Shown: positions 29,860-46,855, numbered from the stretch's first letter. The stretch: 64,000 nt of DNA from Eledone cirrhosa (GCA_964016885.1 OZ024743.1:90024001-90088000); one strand, 5' to 3'. Translations and numbers: made by a program. The notes: generated by a model from the sequence alone, not told the origin.

Positions 29860-31930
29860 CGGCCCGTTCAAAATTAGATTTCGAACACATCTCCACTCTT
29901 TCACAAATAAGAAATTAAGACACTCCACTTCGCTCACGGACTACATCACATCATTAAAAGACTTAAACATCAGCTTCTCCACGCACTGGGATATTGTCGG
30001 CAGGGCTGCACCTTACAACTTCAAGAGGAAGTGCGATCTTTGCCTCATGGAGCTCTACCACATCATAACTGCACCCCACGAGCTCCAATGAGGATATCTT
30101 CAACCAAGCGGCAGATTACTACAATAGGGCTTTGATAAGCGCCGGCTTTAACCGAGGAATTTCCTACATCCCTAACGCTAGCTCTAGAAACCACCCCCTC
30201 ATAAAACGAACGTTATAGTAAGCCATACCTATAACCGATCACGCGGCGACTGCGTAGGAGTAGGATATAATAGTATAGATAATCGCACTAAGGAACACGG
30301 CCGCAACGTTAATTACACTGGCGATGGTATAGGTAACTTACCACACAATAAAGATCACGACCCCGGTGACTGTGACCACTAGCCTACTCGAATTATTCCC
30401 CTACTATAAAATCAACAAAGGCGACGGCCTACTACCAACGCCTTCCAACCAACATCTTCCTGGAAAAAGGAAGAAGAGTGCACCCGAGCATAAAGTGAAA
30501 GAGGCACCTAACGGGCTACAGCGCATTAACATACATAAGAACGGTCACCTTGATGAAACCACCCGTAGCAAACGTACAAGGACACGTAATCGCCACCGTA
30601 ACGTCCTATGCCCCCCCCCCCATACTCTCGGAGTGTGGCCTCCAACATACCCCGGATATTCTTCGAAGCCTTAGAGAAGAACTTCCCGCCTAACCATAGG
30701 TATAGAAAAATTCTTAATTGGAACAATATAAAAATATCCTTCTCTACTATTCCTAACCTAGCAGACATCATAGGAACAACGAACCACAGTAAGATCACCA
30801 AGACACGGCACCTTAGCACAGACGCACCTACACCTGACAATAACTATATCGGCCTTAACAACTCCCTAGCAGCAACCAATAGTGCTAGCAACGGCCTCTA
30901 CAGCAACCAGCATAACCGCGACATGACTGGGTAACATGCAGGACATGACGTGCGGAATAATAATCGTACCACCCCGCGCACTGTGGGTTGTAATGGTGCG
31001 AACGACAGGTGCGGGAGCGTAGATAACAACGTAGATAGCAACAATGATAGCCTAACCGTGGGAAGTGGAAGGAACCGCGACAGAAATTGCAACTGCCGCG
31101 ACAGGGGACGCTGCCACCTTAGAGGATACTGCTTGACTGATAGGGTTATATATAGGTGCACTGTAACTAGCCACAATAGCGTTAAACATTATATAGGGGC
31201 TACCTCCGCCCCGTTCCAAATTAGATTTCGAACACTTCTCCACTCTTTCACAAATAAGAAATTAAGACACTCCACTTCGCTCGCGGACTACATCACAACA
31301 TTAGACTTAAACATCAGCTTCTCCACGCACTGGGATATTGTCGGCAGGGCTGCACCGTACAACTTCAATAGGCAGTGCTCATCAACAGCAGAGCTGAAAC
31401 GACGATAAGTTGTACACATCGCTTAAAATTATCCTTCTTCAGATGGGTTAAGGATGAGGAGTGAAACCGTGTACCGGGTCTCCCTGCAACAGGCTGTAAC
31501 ACCCTGGCGGGCAGGCGCTGCAAAAAAATACCCAGGAAACTAACCATGCATCCCAGACCCAGCCTCAAACGACCCAAGCAAGCAGATGCGGAAAAACAAA
31601 CGTCTCAAAATAAGCGTTGTTTACCTGACCCTGTGCGTATCGACAATGGTAAGGTTGTAACCACATCTTGTAACGAATAAAAAAATTTGTCCGGGAAAGA
31701 CTGCCCTAAAACCGGCCAGAGTTACTTGACCTACTGCAAAATCAAAACACGCTTTTTTTGCGAAGAATGAATTATGACGTGAACTTAACCCCAAAAACAC
31801 TTCCGAGCAATGTAAGGAACACTTTTGGTTGTTTATGCCCTTGACAAGCCCAACTGGGCGAAACGTACGTAGGTGCTGTTTTAAATAAACAAGTTTTAAC
31901 GGTCTGTTCTCCGATTTCTTAATTTTCCAA
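29860..31930 (+). mobile_element. Degenerate Penelope-like retroelement (post-RT linker plus GIY-YIG endonuclease) with pseudo-LTR-type duplication
   Basis: PPPYSRSVASNI...KNFPPNHRYRKILNWNNIKISFSTIPN (30608-30934) and CNC...C...C...VIYRCTV...HYIGATSAPFQIRF...HSF (30950-31408). About 29862-30025 duplicates about 31211-31370. Stops and frameshifts are present. Confidence 0.88.
31837..31876 (+). ncRNA. Hammerhead variant with U3-A8 core at the 3' end of the Penelope element
   Basis: GCCC-TTGACAA-GCCC(aact)GGGC-GAAA-CGTACG-TA-GGTGC; stem I has a bulge. Confidence 0.68.
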
Positions 31931-32100
31931 GTATATGTATATATATATACATATATATATGTATATATGCATATATATATGTATATATATATATATACGC
32001 ATATATATATATGTATACATATATATATATACGCATATATATATGTATATATATATATATATACGCATATATATATGTATATATATATATATATACGCAT

Positions 32101-32160
<60 letters not shown>

Positions 32161-32300
32161 TATGTATATATACGCATATATATATATATATGTATATATA
32201 CGCATACATATATGTATATATATATATATGTATATATATATACATATATATATGTATATATATATACATATATATGTATATATATATACATATATATATG

Positions 32301-32360
<60 letters not shown>

Positions 32361-32409
32361 TATATATATGTATATATGTATATATATATACACATATATA
32401 TATGTATAA

Positions 32410-33802
32410 AATCTTTCTTTTTTAGCCATGAACCTGGCAAAAGAGATAGAGAAAAACATTTTAGCCATCACCCAACACCAACCTTGCTGTCACTAACATA
32501 CAATCACAAAACAAGCCCCCTGCAACAGTCAAAACCAGCCACCACACCAGCCTCCACATTCTTACTCAATACACAAGGTATCAGCCCATCCATCAATGCA
32601 CAGAAATGGAAGATCCAATTCATTGAGGATTTGGGTTGGTAACCATCCATTTCACATCCCCTTCTTCATTCTTACTGAGACCCACCTTGACAACTCCCAT
32701 TTGGAGGCCGAAGTAAGAGTGAGAAATTTCACAACCATCCGTGCGGATCGCGTTGGCAGAAGGAAGGATGGAACTGCCATTTTCCTGCATGATTCCTTTA
32801 CGGCAGATGGCAACACACAATTCTCCAATGGATACTGTGAATCAGTCACTGTGCACAATAAAGCCAATGACCTGACATTAGTTGGGCTCTATAGGCCGCC
32901 ACAAACACCCATAATATGCTTCAAAGAATGCCTCAACAGTATTAAATGCTTTATCAAACAGTGCCATTCTAGCAACATACTTTTGATGGGAGACTTTAAT
33001 CTACTCTGTGTCGATTGGTCTACATGTAGTTTGAAACCAGGCTCCACAGCATCAACCACTGACAAAGAGGCTGTCGAGTCACTTCTTGACTTCATGAATG
33101 AGTTTTTCTTGTCACAACTTGTCCTTGCACCAACGAGGCATCAGAAGAACATTCTGGATCTAGTGTTTAGTAACCACACTATACATAATATTACAGTGGA
33201 AAAAACCCTTCTCTCAGACCATGACATGGTTCTTTGGAACCTGAGATTCCACCAGCCGAAAGCTAATCCCAGGGTCCTCTCTCCAGCCCACCCATTTGAT
33301 AACATGGATCTCTACAATGCCACTGGGATGCAATTATGAACGAACTATCACATGTCGACTGGTCTTTTACACACGCACACACTTCCACCAACATCAAAAC
33401 ATCTTAGCAGATCTTTGTAGACACTGTCACAAATATATGTACAAAACACACCCCACCAAAACCCGTGAAAAAAAAATAAATGCAGTATCCCCCAAAACAG
33501 AAAAACAATTATCAGAAAAATAAAAAGAACAAACAAAAAAATTAACACACTAAAATACTGCCAACAACAACACACACATTCAATGGCTATCACCCTGCTT
33601 GAGTCAAAAAAATATAACCTCCAGCAATGCATGATGACCATCATCAACAACCAGAGAATAGCTGAAGAGAGGTGGGCCATTGAGAAAATAAAACTCAACC
33701 CCAAAGTGTTCTTCTCATTCGCTAAAAAACACAAGGTCACGGTCTCCACTGTTGGCCCCCTAGTTGATGAAAATGGCACACTCCAGGACAATGTCAAAAC
33801 CA
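32410..33802 (+). mobile_element. CR1/L2-group LINE ORF2 fragment (APE endonuclease), truncated by the HHR array
   Basis: LTETHL, RADR, LYRPP, MGDFN, PTR..NILDLVFSN and SDH motifs, then IKLNPKVFFSFAKK...VGPL. Frameshifted. Confidence 0.9.
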
Positions 33803-33821
33803 TATACCCTTCTGCCAGATA

Positions 33822-34522
33822 GTTAATTTTCATAATGAAAGTATATACTTTCGAACGTTCAACTATCTGGCAGGAGGGTATACGGTCCTGATGATAGCTA
33901 ACAAGCTTGAAACTAGTACATCGTTCCTGTGTCAGTGTTGAACAAAAAGGTGACGTGGTTGCCTTAACACCGTATGGCATAAATCAGGCTGTTCGCTTGT
34001 TTACAAACGAACAGGGCGGGCGTTATAATAAACGTTGGCTAAACTGATACGTACATATATATATGTGTACCTGTATGTATATATATATATATGCATACTA
34101 TTGTACGTCTGTATACATATATGTATGTACGTATACATACATACTTACATTTAAGTAAGTGCCGTACTAAGAGTGAGAAATGAAATTTCGTTTCATTATA
34201 TTACAACTTATCGTTTTCGGTACGCCTGGCCGACTGAACTCACTCGATATGCAAATTAGGCTGCTCAGCCGTTAATTTTCATAAGGAAAGTATATACATT
34301 CGAACGTTCAACTATCTGGCAGAAGGGTATACGGTGCTGATGATAGCTAACAAGCTTGAAACTGGTACATCGTTCTTGTGTCAGTGTTGAACAAAAAGGT
34401 GACGTGGTTGCCTTAACACCGTATGGCATAAATCAGGCTGTTCGTTTGTTTACAAACGGACAAAGCGGGCGTTATAATAAACGTTGGCTAAACTGATACG
34501 TACATATATATATGTGGACCTG

Positions 34523-34584
<62 letters not shown>

Positions 34585-35011
34585 TGCTACTGTACGTCTG
34601 TATACATATATGTATGTACGTATACATACATACTTACATTTAAGTAAGTGCCGTACTAAGAGTGAGAAATGAAATTTCGTTTCATTATATTACAACTTAT
34701 CGTTTTCGGTACGCCTGGCCGACTGAACTCACTCGATATGCAAATTAGGCTGCTCAGCCGTTAATTTTCATAAGGAAAGTATATACATTCGAACGTTCAA
34801 CTATCTGGCAGAAGGGTATACGGTGCTGATGATAGCTAACAAGCTTGAAACTGGTACATCGTTCTTGTGTCAGTCTTGAACAAAAAGGTGACGTGGTTGC
34901 CTTAACACCGTATGGCATAAATCAGGCTGTTCGTTTGTTTACAAACGGACAAAGCGGGCGTTATAATAAACGTTGGCTAAACTGATACGTACATATATAT
35001 ATGTGGACCTG

Positions 35012-35065
<54 letters not shown>

Positions 35066-35492
35066 TGCTACTGTACGTCTGTATACATATATGTATGTAC
35101 GTATACATACATACTTACATTTAAGTAAGTGCCGTACTAAGAGTGAGAAATGAAATTTCGTTTCATTATATTACAACTTATCGTTTTCGGTACGCCTGGC
35201 CGACTGAACTCACTCGATATGCAAATTAGGCTGCTCAGCCGTTAATTTTCATAAGGAAAGTATATACATTCGAACGTTCAACTATCTGGCAGAAGGGTAT
35301 ACGGTGCTGATGATAGCTAACAAGCTTGAAACTGGTACATCGTTCTTGTGTCAGTCTTGAACAAAAAGGTGACGTGGTTGCCTTAACACCGTATGGCATA
35401 AATCAGGCTGTTCGTTTGTTTACAAACGGACAAAGCGGGCGTTATAATAAACGTTGGCTAAACTGATACGTACATATATATATGTGGACCTG

Positions 35493-35582
<90 letters not shown>

Positions 35583-36009
35583 TGCTACTGTACGTCTGTA
35601 TACATATATGTATGTACGTATACATACATACTTACATTTAAGTAAGTGCCGTACTAAGAGTGAGAAATGAAATTTCGTTTCATTATATTATAACTTATCG
35701 TTTTCGGTACGCCTGGCCGACTGAACTCACTCGATATGCAAATTAGGCTGCTCAGCCGTTAATTTTCATAAGGAAAGTATATACATTCGAACGTTCAACT
35801 ATCTGGCAGAAGGGTATACGGTGCTGATGATAGCTAACAAGCTTGAAACTGGTACATCGTTCTTGTGTCAGTCTTGAACAAAAAGGTGACGTGGTTGCCT
35901 TAACACCGTATGGCATAAATCAGGCTGTTCGTTTGTTTACAAACGGACAAAGCGGGCGTTATAATAAACGTTGGCTAAACTGATACGTACATATATATAT
36001 GTGGACCTG

Positions 36010-36089
<80 letters not shown>

Positions 36090-36388
36090 TGCTACTGTAC
36101 GTCTGTATACATATATGTATGTACGTATACATACATACTTACATTTAAGTAAGTGCCGTACTAAGAGTGAGAAATGAAATTTCGTTTCATTATATTACAA
36201 CTTATCGTTTTCGGTACGCCTGGCCGACTGAACTCACTCGATATGCAAATTAGGCTGCTCAGCCGTTAATTTTCATAAGGAAAGTATATACATTCGAACG
36301 TTCAACTATCTGGCAGAAGGGTATACGGTGCTGATGATAGCTAACAAGCTTGAAACTAGTACATCGTTCCTGTGTCAGTGTTGAACAA
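33822..36388 (+). mobile_element. Tandem array of hammerhead-ribozyme-containing monomers (retrozyme / Penelope pLTR-like): 6 HHR copies here, a 7th after the gap
   Basis: Near-identical units with periods 449, 489, 481, 517 and 507 bp, differing mainly in (TA)n length. Each has ACGGTG-CTGATGA-TAGCTAACAAGCTT-GAAA-CT(A/G)G-TA-CATCGT (copy 1 has ACGGTC). Confidence 0.85.
36325..36367 (+). ncRNA. Minimal type I hammerhead ribozyme (representative array copy; others start at 33882, 34331, 34820, 35301, 35818, 41380)
   Basis: Stem I ACGGTG/CATCGT, core CTGATGA and GAAA, stem II AGCT/AGCT closed by a U.U mismatch, palindromic stem III ACTAGT, cleavage triplet GUA. Confidence 0.8.
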
Positions 36389-36475
<87 letters not shown>

Positions 36476-36568
36476 CACATATATATATATATATACGTAT
36501 ATATATATATATACGTATATATATATATATATACGTATATATATATATATACATATATATATATACAC

Positions 36569-36865
<297 letters not shown>

Positions 36866-36884
36866 TACATATATATATATATAC

Positions 36885-37501
<617 letters not shown>

Positions 37502-37514
37502 CATATATATATAC

Positions 37515-37729
<215 letters not shown>

Positions 37730-37758
37730 CATATATATACATATATATATATATATAC

Positions 37759-37791
<33 letters not shown>

Positions 37792-37836
37792 CATATATAT
37801 ACATATATATACATATATATATATACATATATATAC

Positions 37837-37959
<123 letters not shown>

Positions 37960-37971
37960 CATATACATATA

Positions 37972-38247
<276 letters not shown>

Positions 38248-38382
38248 CATATATATACATATATATACATATATATACATATATACATATATATACATAT
38301 ATATACATATATACACATATATACATATATATACATATATATATATACATATATATACATATATATACATATATATATATAC

Positions 38383-38451
<69 letters not shown>

Positions 38452-38466
38452 CATATATATATACAC

Positions 38467-38531
<65 letters not shown>

Positions 38532-38542
38532 CATATATATAT

Positions 38543-38755
<213 letters not shown>

Positions 38756-38814
38756 CATACATATATATATATATATATATAAATATACATATATATATAT
38801 ATACATATATATAC

Positions 38815-38857
<43 letters not shown>

Positions 38858-38861
38858 AACA

Positions 38862-38935
<74 letters not shown>

Positions 38936-38952
38936 CATATATATATATATAT

Positions 38953-39047
<95 letters not shown>

Positions 39048-39068
39048 CATACATATATATATATATAT

Positions 39069-39153
<85 letters not shown>

Positions 39154-39176
39154 CATACATATATATATATATATAT

Positions 39177-39575
<399 letters not shown>

Positions 39576-39594
39576 CATATATATACATATATAC

Positions 39595-39771
<177 letters not shown>

Positions 39772-39876
39772 CATATATATACATATATACATATATATAC
39801 ATATATATACATATATACACATATATACATATATATACATATATATATATACATATATATACATATATATATATAC

Positions 39877-39909
<33 letters not shown>

Positions 39910-39960
39910 CATATATATCTATATATACATATATATATATATATACATATATATATACAC

Positions 39961-40243
<283 letters not shown>

Positions 40244-40300
40244 CATACATATATATATATATATATAAATATACATATATATATATATACATATATATAC

Positions 40301-40343
<43 letters not shown>

Positions 40344-40346
40344 AAC

Positions 40347-40417
<71 letters not shown>

Positions 40418-40434
40418 CATATATATATATATAT

Positions 40435-40531
<97 letters not shown>

Positions 40532-40580
40532 CATACATATATATATATATATATATACATACATATATATATATATATAT

Positions 40581-40789
<209 letters not shown>

Positions 40790-40790
40790 C

Positions 40791-41076
<286 letters not shown>

Positions 41077-41090
41077 ACATATATATATTA

Positions 41091-41290
41091 NNNNNNNNNN
41101 NNNNNNNNNNNNNNNNNNNNNNNNNNNNNNNNNNNNNNNNNNNNNNNNNNNNNNNNNNNNNNNNNNNNNNNNNNNNNNNNNNNNNNNNNNNNNNNNNNNN
41201 NNNNNNNNNNNNNNNNNNNNNNNNNNNNNNNNNNNNNNNNNNNNNNNNNNNNNNNNNNNNNNNNNNNNNNNNNNNNNNNNNNNNNNNNNN
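41091..41290. other. Assembly gap (200 N)
   Basis: Run of n. Confidence 1.
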
Positions 41291-41444
41291 ACTCGATATG
41301 CAAATTAGGCTGCTCAGCCGTTAATTTTCATAAGGAAAGTATATACTTTCGAACGTTCAACTATCTGGCAGAAGGGTATACGGTGCTGATGATAGCTAAC
41401 AAGCTTGAAACTAGTACATCGTTCCTGTGTCAGTGTTGAACAAA
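41291..41444 (+). mobile_element. Partial seventh copy of the HHR monomer, right after the assembly gap
   Basis: Matches about 36237-36388, with the HHR at 41380-41422. It could be a redundant contig end or another haplotype. Confidence 0.75.
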
Positions 41445-41483
41445 TATATATATATACATATACATATATATATATATATATAC

Positions 41484-41552
<69 letters not shown>

Positions 41553-41559
41553 CATATAC

Positions 41560-41716
<157 letters not shown>

Positions 41717-41717
41717 C

Positions 41718-41782
<65 letters not shown>

Positions 41783-41783
41783 C

Positions 41784-41832
<49 letters not shown>

Positions 41833-41833
41833 C

Positions 41834-41882
<49 letters not shown>

Positions 41883-41883
41883 C

Positions 41884-41916
<33 letters not shown>

Positions 41917-41928
41917 CATATATATACA

Positions 41929-41966
<38 letters not shown>

Positions 41967-42027
41967 TATACATATATATATATATACATATATATATACA
42001 TATATATACATATATATATATATATAC

Positions 42028-42058
<31 letters not shown>

Positions 42059-42059
42059 C

Positions 42060-42162
<103 letters not shown>

Positions 42163-42177
42163 TGTATATATATATAC

Positions 42178-42230
<53 letters not shown>

Positions 42231-42242
42231 TGTATATATATG

Positions 42243-42445
<203 letters not shown>

Positions 42446-43735
42446 GAAGTGTGCGATGAGATGCTGGATATTTTTCATGTTATGGAGTGGATAGCTGGAT
42501 CGATGACTGGTAGTCTGGAATCCATTGGTTGTGGTGGTCGGAAGTGGAGAGATGTGGGGTGCGCGCGCAACAGGAAGTGGTCAGAGGGTCAAGGCAGGGT
42601 GAAGAGATAAGAGTAGAGGAGGATGACAGGTGGAAAAATGGTCTGTGTGTAGTGAGGACTGTGTGTGTGTGTCCGGAGGTGCGGTGGACAGGGGAGAGGA
42701 TGGGTAGGTGTGAAAGTTGGAGGGGGATAGGGTGTGTATTAGTAGAGGTGTTAGTGGGATGTGTGTATGTTGAGGGGTGTAGGTGGAGCGGGGAGAGGGA
42801 GAGAAAAAGTGTTGGGGACGGAGGTGGGAGTGTAGTGTACTGATGTGTGTGTGTGTGTGCGTGTTTTGATGAGTGTGTGTGGTAAAGTGCGTGTTAGTGG
42901 GTGTTAGTATTACTGGTAGTGGGGAAAGGGTTGAATGCAGGTGTGTAAGGGGGGTTAGTTGTGGTTGGGTGTGTGGAGTGGGTGGGGTACGTAGGTGTGG
43001 GTGGGTGTGCGTTGTGATGGTGTGTGTTCGTGTGCGTGGGGTCGGGGGGATGTTAGTGATATTAGTTGTGGGGTGGTCGGAGTGGATGTGTGGGTGAGGG
43101 TTAGTGGTTGTAGTAGGGTCTGTGGATAGTGTGAGTGCGTGTATATATGTACAGATACGTGTGCGCGTGATAGGGGGAGGGGTGGGGATGTTAGTAGTGT
43201 TAGTTGGAGGAGGGCCGGGGTGGGGTGTTAGTATTGTTAGTTGTGGGGTGGGCCAATGGGGTGGGGCGGTTAAAAGGAGGAGTGTGTTAGTGGTGTTAGT
43301 GGGGGATGTGTGGGGGGAAGGTGGGCGGTCGAAGGCTAAAGGAATAGGGGTGATGAGTTCAGGCCGGGGGTTGTGTGGGTCTGTAGGGTGAAGATGGTGC
43401 GTTGTTTGACCGTGAGGCGGGTGGCGGGTGTTCCATGGCATTGGAGTAGGCCACAGACTGTGAGGTGGTGGGTGGAATGTTGAGGGGAGCCAAAGTGGCG
43501 GGCGATGGGGGAACTCGAGTATAGCTTTCATTATGTAAAATCTCGCCGTAACATTGACTACATATAGTTTAATAATGTGGTGTAGAAACCCACTGAACGG
43601 AAAAAGATGGTTATCATGTCCTTGATACGATAGATGCATATATATAATCTACATACAGTATGTGTGTTATGTATTCTGCTGGGAAGGTTTAAGAATAAGA
43701 TTCAAGTGACATATTTCCAAACTCAATTATGCATA

Positions 43736-44529
43736 CTAGCAGAAAAACCACCCTTCCGGGAGATTTTCTGCTAGCATGTGTAGCGTGCATATTGATATTA
43801 GCTTCGCCATCACCCGAGGTAACACTGCGAGTGTGCTGGCTTGCCTAAAAAATCATTAGAGAGGTTGCCCAGTACTCCTCGCTGCTGTCTTTTGCTCTAG
43901 TGGTGGCTCGGTCGTTCACCCCTTTCTTTACATTTTCTTTAATATTGCAACATTTAAAGGAATATATCCTTCTGACAGAATCGCAAGCAATTTATAATGT
44001 TATCTAAGCATTTGTAATGTTAATTATGTATATATTTAAAACATATTTGTTATGATATTCTTCTGTATATTTATTTATATGCTTTGTATATATCATGTGT
44101 GTTTATATTTTCACTCCCATTTGTAACGTTATTTAATGAAATAAAAATATATATGCATGTAGGTATACATCAAATAAAATCGTAATTGACAATATACACA
44201 GAAATTGAACGAAGACTGCGTTACACTCTCTTATGTAATCAGTAACGTAATCCATGATACATTGCATTAGGAGATAATTAGTGACGGAAATATATGAAGG
44301 TTTATTTAAGCGATCGCTAACCGAAAGTGTTGACATTTGAAAATTTTAAAGAAGTGAATCTTTAAATAACCAATAAAATAGATTTAATCAACAAGCTACG
44401 AAATTTAGTAGATAAATTATGTAATATTCATTCATTATTTATTCAAAGTAATCCAACTTATTTTACTAACTGGATTAAAAGAAATAAACCGTACGTAGTC
44501 CCACACTCCTTACTTTATTATAGTTTAGA
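43736..44529 (-). mobile_element. Non-autonomous Helitron
   Basis: A|TCTAAACTATAATAAAGTAAGGAG...hairpin...CTAG|T on the minus strand. Confidence 0.8.
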
Positions 44530-44617
44530 TTCTATGGAGGTAAATACTTACCATATACTATTGTTGTTGATGCTGTTATTGTTGTTGATGTTGTTATTGT
44601 TAGTTGTTCATCAAATG

Positions 44618-44739
44618 TTATAAATTACTTTCAGGGTGATTGCCAAGGCTCAAAGATGTTGACCCAGCCGCTGCTAAGGAGTGCGGGCGGTTTCGATTAA
44701 TAATACGATCACGTGTTTTAGCAGCAGCACTGTCAGAAT
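44618..44739 (-). CDS. Anoctamin last coding exon (stop TAA at 44620-44618)
   Basis: cccttattttccag|AT TCT GAC...AAT TTA TAA. SDSAAAKTRDRIINRNRPHSLAAAGSTSLSLGNHPESNL*. The phase matches the previous exon and the other two frames hit stops earlier. Confidence 0.72.
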
Positions 44740-45917
44740 CTGGAAAATAAGGGACAATATCAGTTATCTTCTCCGGGACCCCTCTATAGATCTGCTTTGA
44801 AATTAACCATTTTCATGCCATATTTCTAATGAAAACCTTGTGAATAATTTTTCAAATACAAAACTTGGATTTTATTTACAATTGTATAAAAAAAAATAAA
44901 TTAAAAAAAAATCATAAACAAATCTATTTCAAATAACAACACAACAGAGATTTAAAAACGGAAAAGGAAGGGAAAGGCAAGGGCTCTGGGGTCGCAGAAG
45001 AATAGGAGGGGGAAGAGGAGGGTGATAGGCTCTGGGCCTAGGGTGCGGTGATGTTGGGGCTGCACCCCGCTGACAAGACTGCAAAAGCATTTCCGCGGGG
45101 AAGGGGTAAAGAAGGGCATATCTGGCTGTATGGTAAAGTAGAAGAAAGGACCATAATAACCATAAATGAGAGGAAAGGGAGGGGGAAAGCAAGGACTCTA
45201 GAGCCTCAGAAGAAAAGGAGGGCAGGAGAGAGGGTGATGTGCTCTGGGTTTAGGGTGGGGCAGTGCTGGGGAAAGTAATCTAGGGAGTTAGTACTATAAC
45301 TATTTCATTATGTTCTTACATAAAATTATGATGGAAGGTTCTTAGATCAAGACAAACACTCTAGTCCTTTTATTACCATATTTTTAATGAAAGAGACTGC
45401 TGATAATTTTCAAATAATTTTGAAAATAATCAAGAGATGTAATAATATAACTGTATTGGTATTAATCTAGTATTTGGAACATCATTTAACAAAGGTTCTT
45501 ACATGAAATTATGATAGAAGGTTTAGATAAATATAAACACGTTAAAATTGCGAATTGGTTGAGTCGTTAGAACGTTGAATAAAATGCTTTGCAGTATTTG
45601 TTTCAGCTCTCAAATTCAAATCACACCAAAGTCACCTTTGCCTTTCATTCATTCAAAGTCAATAAAAAAATACCAGGCTAGTACTGGGATCGATTCTTCC
45701 TCTATATCTCTTTCTCACTTCCATTCCCGCACTCTCTATTCTTCTCTGGAAGAAATCTGCTGTATTCAGACATGGAGAGAAGATGGGCTCGCCATCTTTG
45801 AATTATATAAAACAATGCCTTAGACACGCCTATGTTAATACGGCGCCCGTACAACTAGAGTTACGGGACCATACATACAAACACACTAAAATAAACAGTT
45901 GTGTACCATAGTAACAG

Positions 45918-46205
45918 TGGAGGTGTGTGGCCTAGTGGTAAAGGTGTTGGACTTACAACCATAACATCGTGGGTTCGATTCCTGGACTGGGTTGTGTGTT
46001 GTGTTCTTGAGCAAAACACTTCATTTCACGTTGCTCCAGTATACTCAACTGAAAATGAATACCAGCAATAGTTGGGAGCTTAACCATGCGATGGACTGGT
46101 GTCCTGTCCAGGGGGGAGTATTGTACTTTCAGTCGCTTAATGCCATGGAAACCGGGATAAGTACCGACTTGATAAGCCTCCCGATTCGAGACAGACTTTA
46201 GACTT
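45918..46205 (+). mobile_element. tRNA-derived CORE-type SINE (other copies about 62405-62540 plus, 51715-52010 minus, 4340-4430 minus)
   Basis: TGGCCTAGTGG A box, GGTTCGATTCC B box, CORE-like gtgttcttgagcaaaacacttcatttcacgttgctccagt. Confidence 0.8.
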
Positions 46206-46290
46206 TCTTTTAGACGATAGAACTAAGAACGGTTTCAAGTAGTTTAATATTAAAGGGGGTTAAGAATTGTGTAAAACTTCATCTACAAAC

Positions 46291-46409
46291 CTCCATCGTC
46301 TTCATCATCTGCTACAGAACCCTTCTTTTGTTTACTCAACATTTCAGTAGCATGGAGACTTTTTCTCTTCAATCGTTGTTGTTTCTGAGTCGATAAAGTA
46401 CACGAAGTG
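46291..46409 (-). CDS. Anoctamin C-terminal tail exon
   Basis: tttctctattgacag|C ACT...GGA G|gtttgt. TSCTLSTQKQQRLKRKSLHATEMLSKQKKGSVADDEDDG(D). 119 nt, phase 2 to 1. Confidence 0.75.
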
Positions 46410-46462
46410 CTGTCAATAGAGAAACGAAAGAAAACAATATTAGTTTCTGTTGACTCAACTTA

Positions 46463-46821
46463 CTCTCAGGTCCTAAATAATAGGGGGGAAAGCAGGCGGT
46501 GGGGGTTATAATAAGTGAATGGTTGGAAAATTGGTAATTTTTCTAGGATGTCTCTATTGATTATTTTTAAAAAACCAGAATTAGTCGTTTAGTTTACATA
46601 TTAAAACCCCAACCCATCCTGTTCATTTTATGACGTATGGGATCTTTTTTTGTCATGTATAATGGCTTTTAATGTATACAGAAAATTAAAATAAAATTTC
46701 GCTAGAGGTGGATCAGCAAAATTTAATAAGCGTGAAGCGGGGGTCGGAATAAGAGCGCGGGAGTTGTAAAAAATCTGGAAAATGAATAAGCAACGGCGGG
46801 TAATTATTCGAGACCCGAGAG
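46463..46821. mobile_element. Tc1/mariner-superfamily-like MITE (partial relative at about 20673-20780)
   Basis: TIRs CTCTCAGGTCCTAAATAAT / ATTATTCGAGACCCGAGAG flanked by TA on both sides. Confidence 0.7.
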
Positions 46822-46855
46822 TAAGAGCTACTTTTTTTTTTTTTTTACTATTTAA

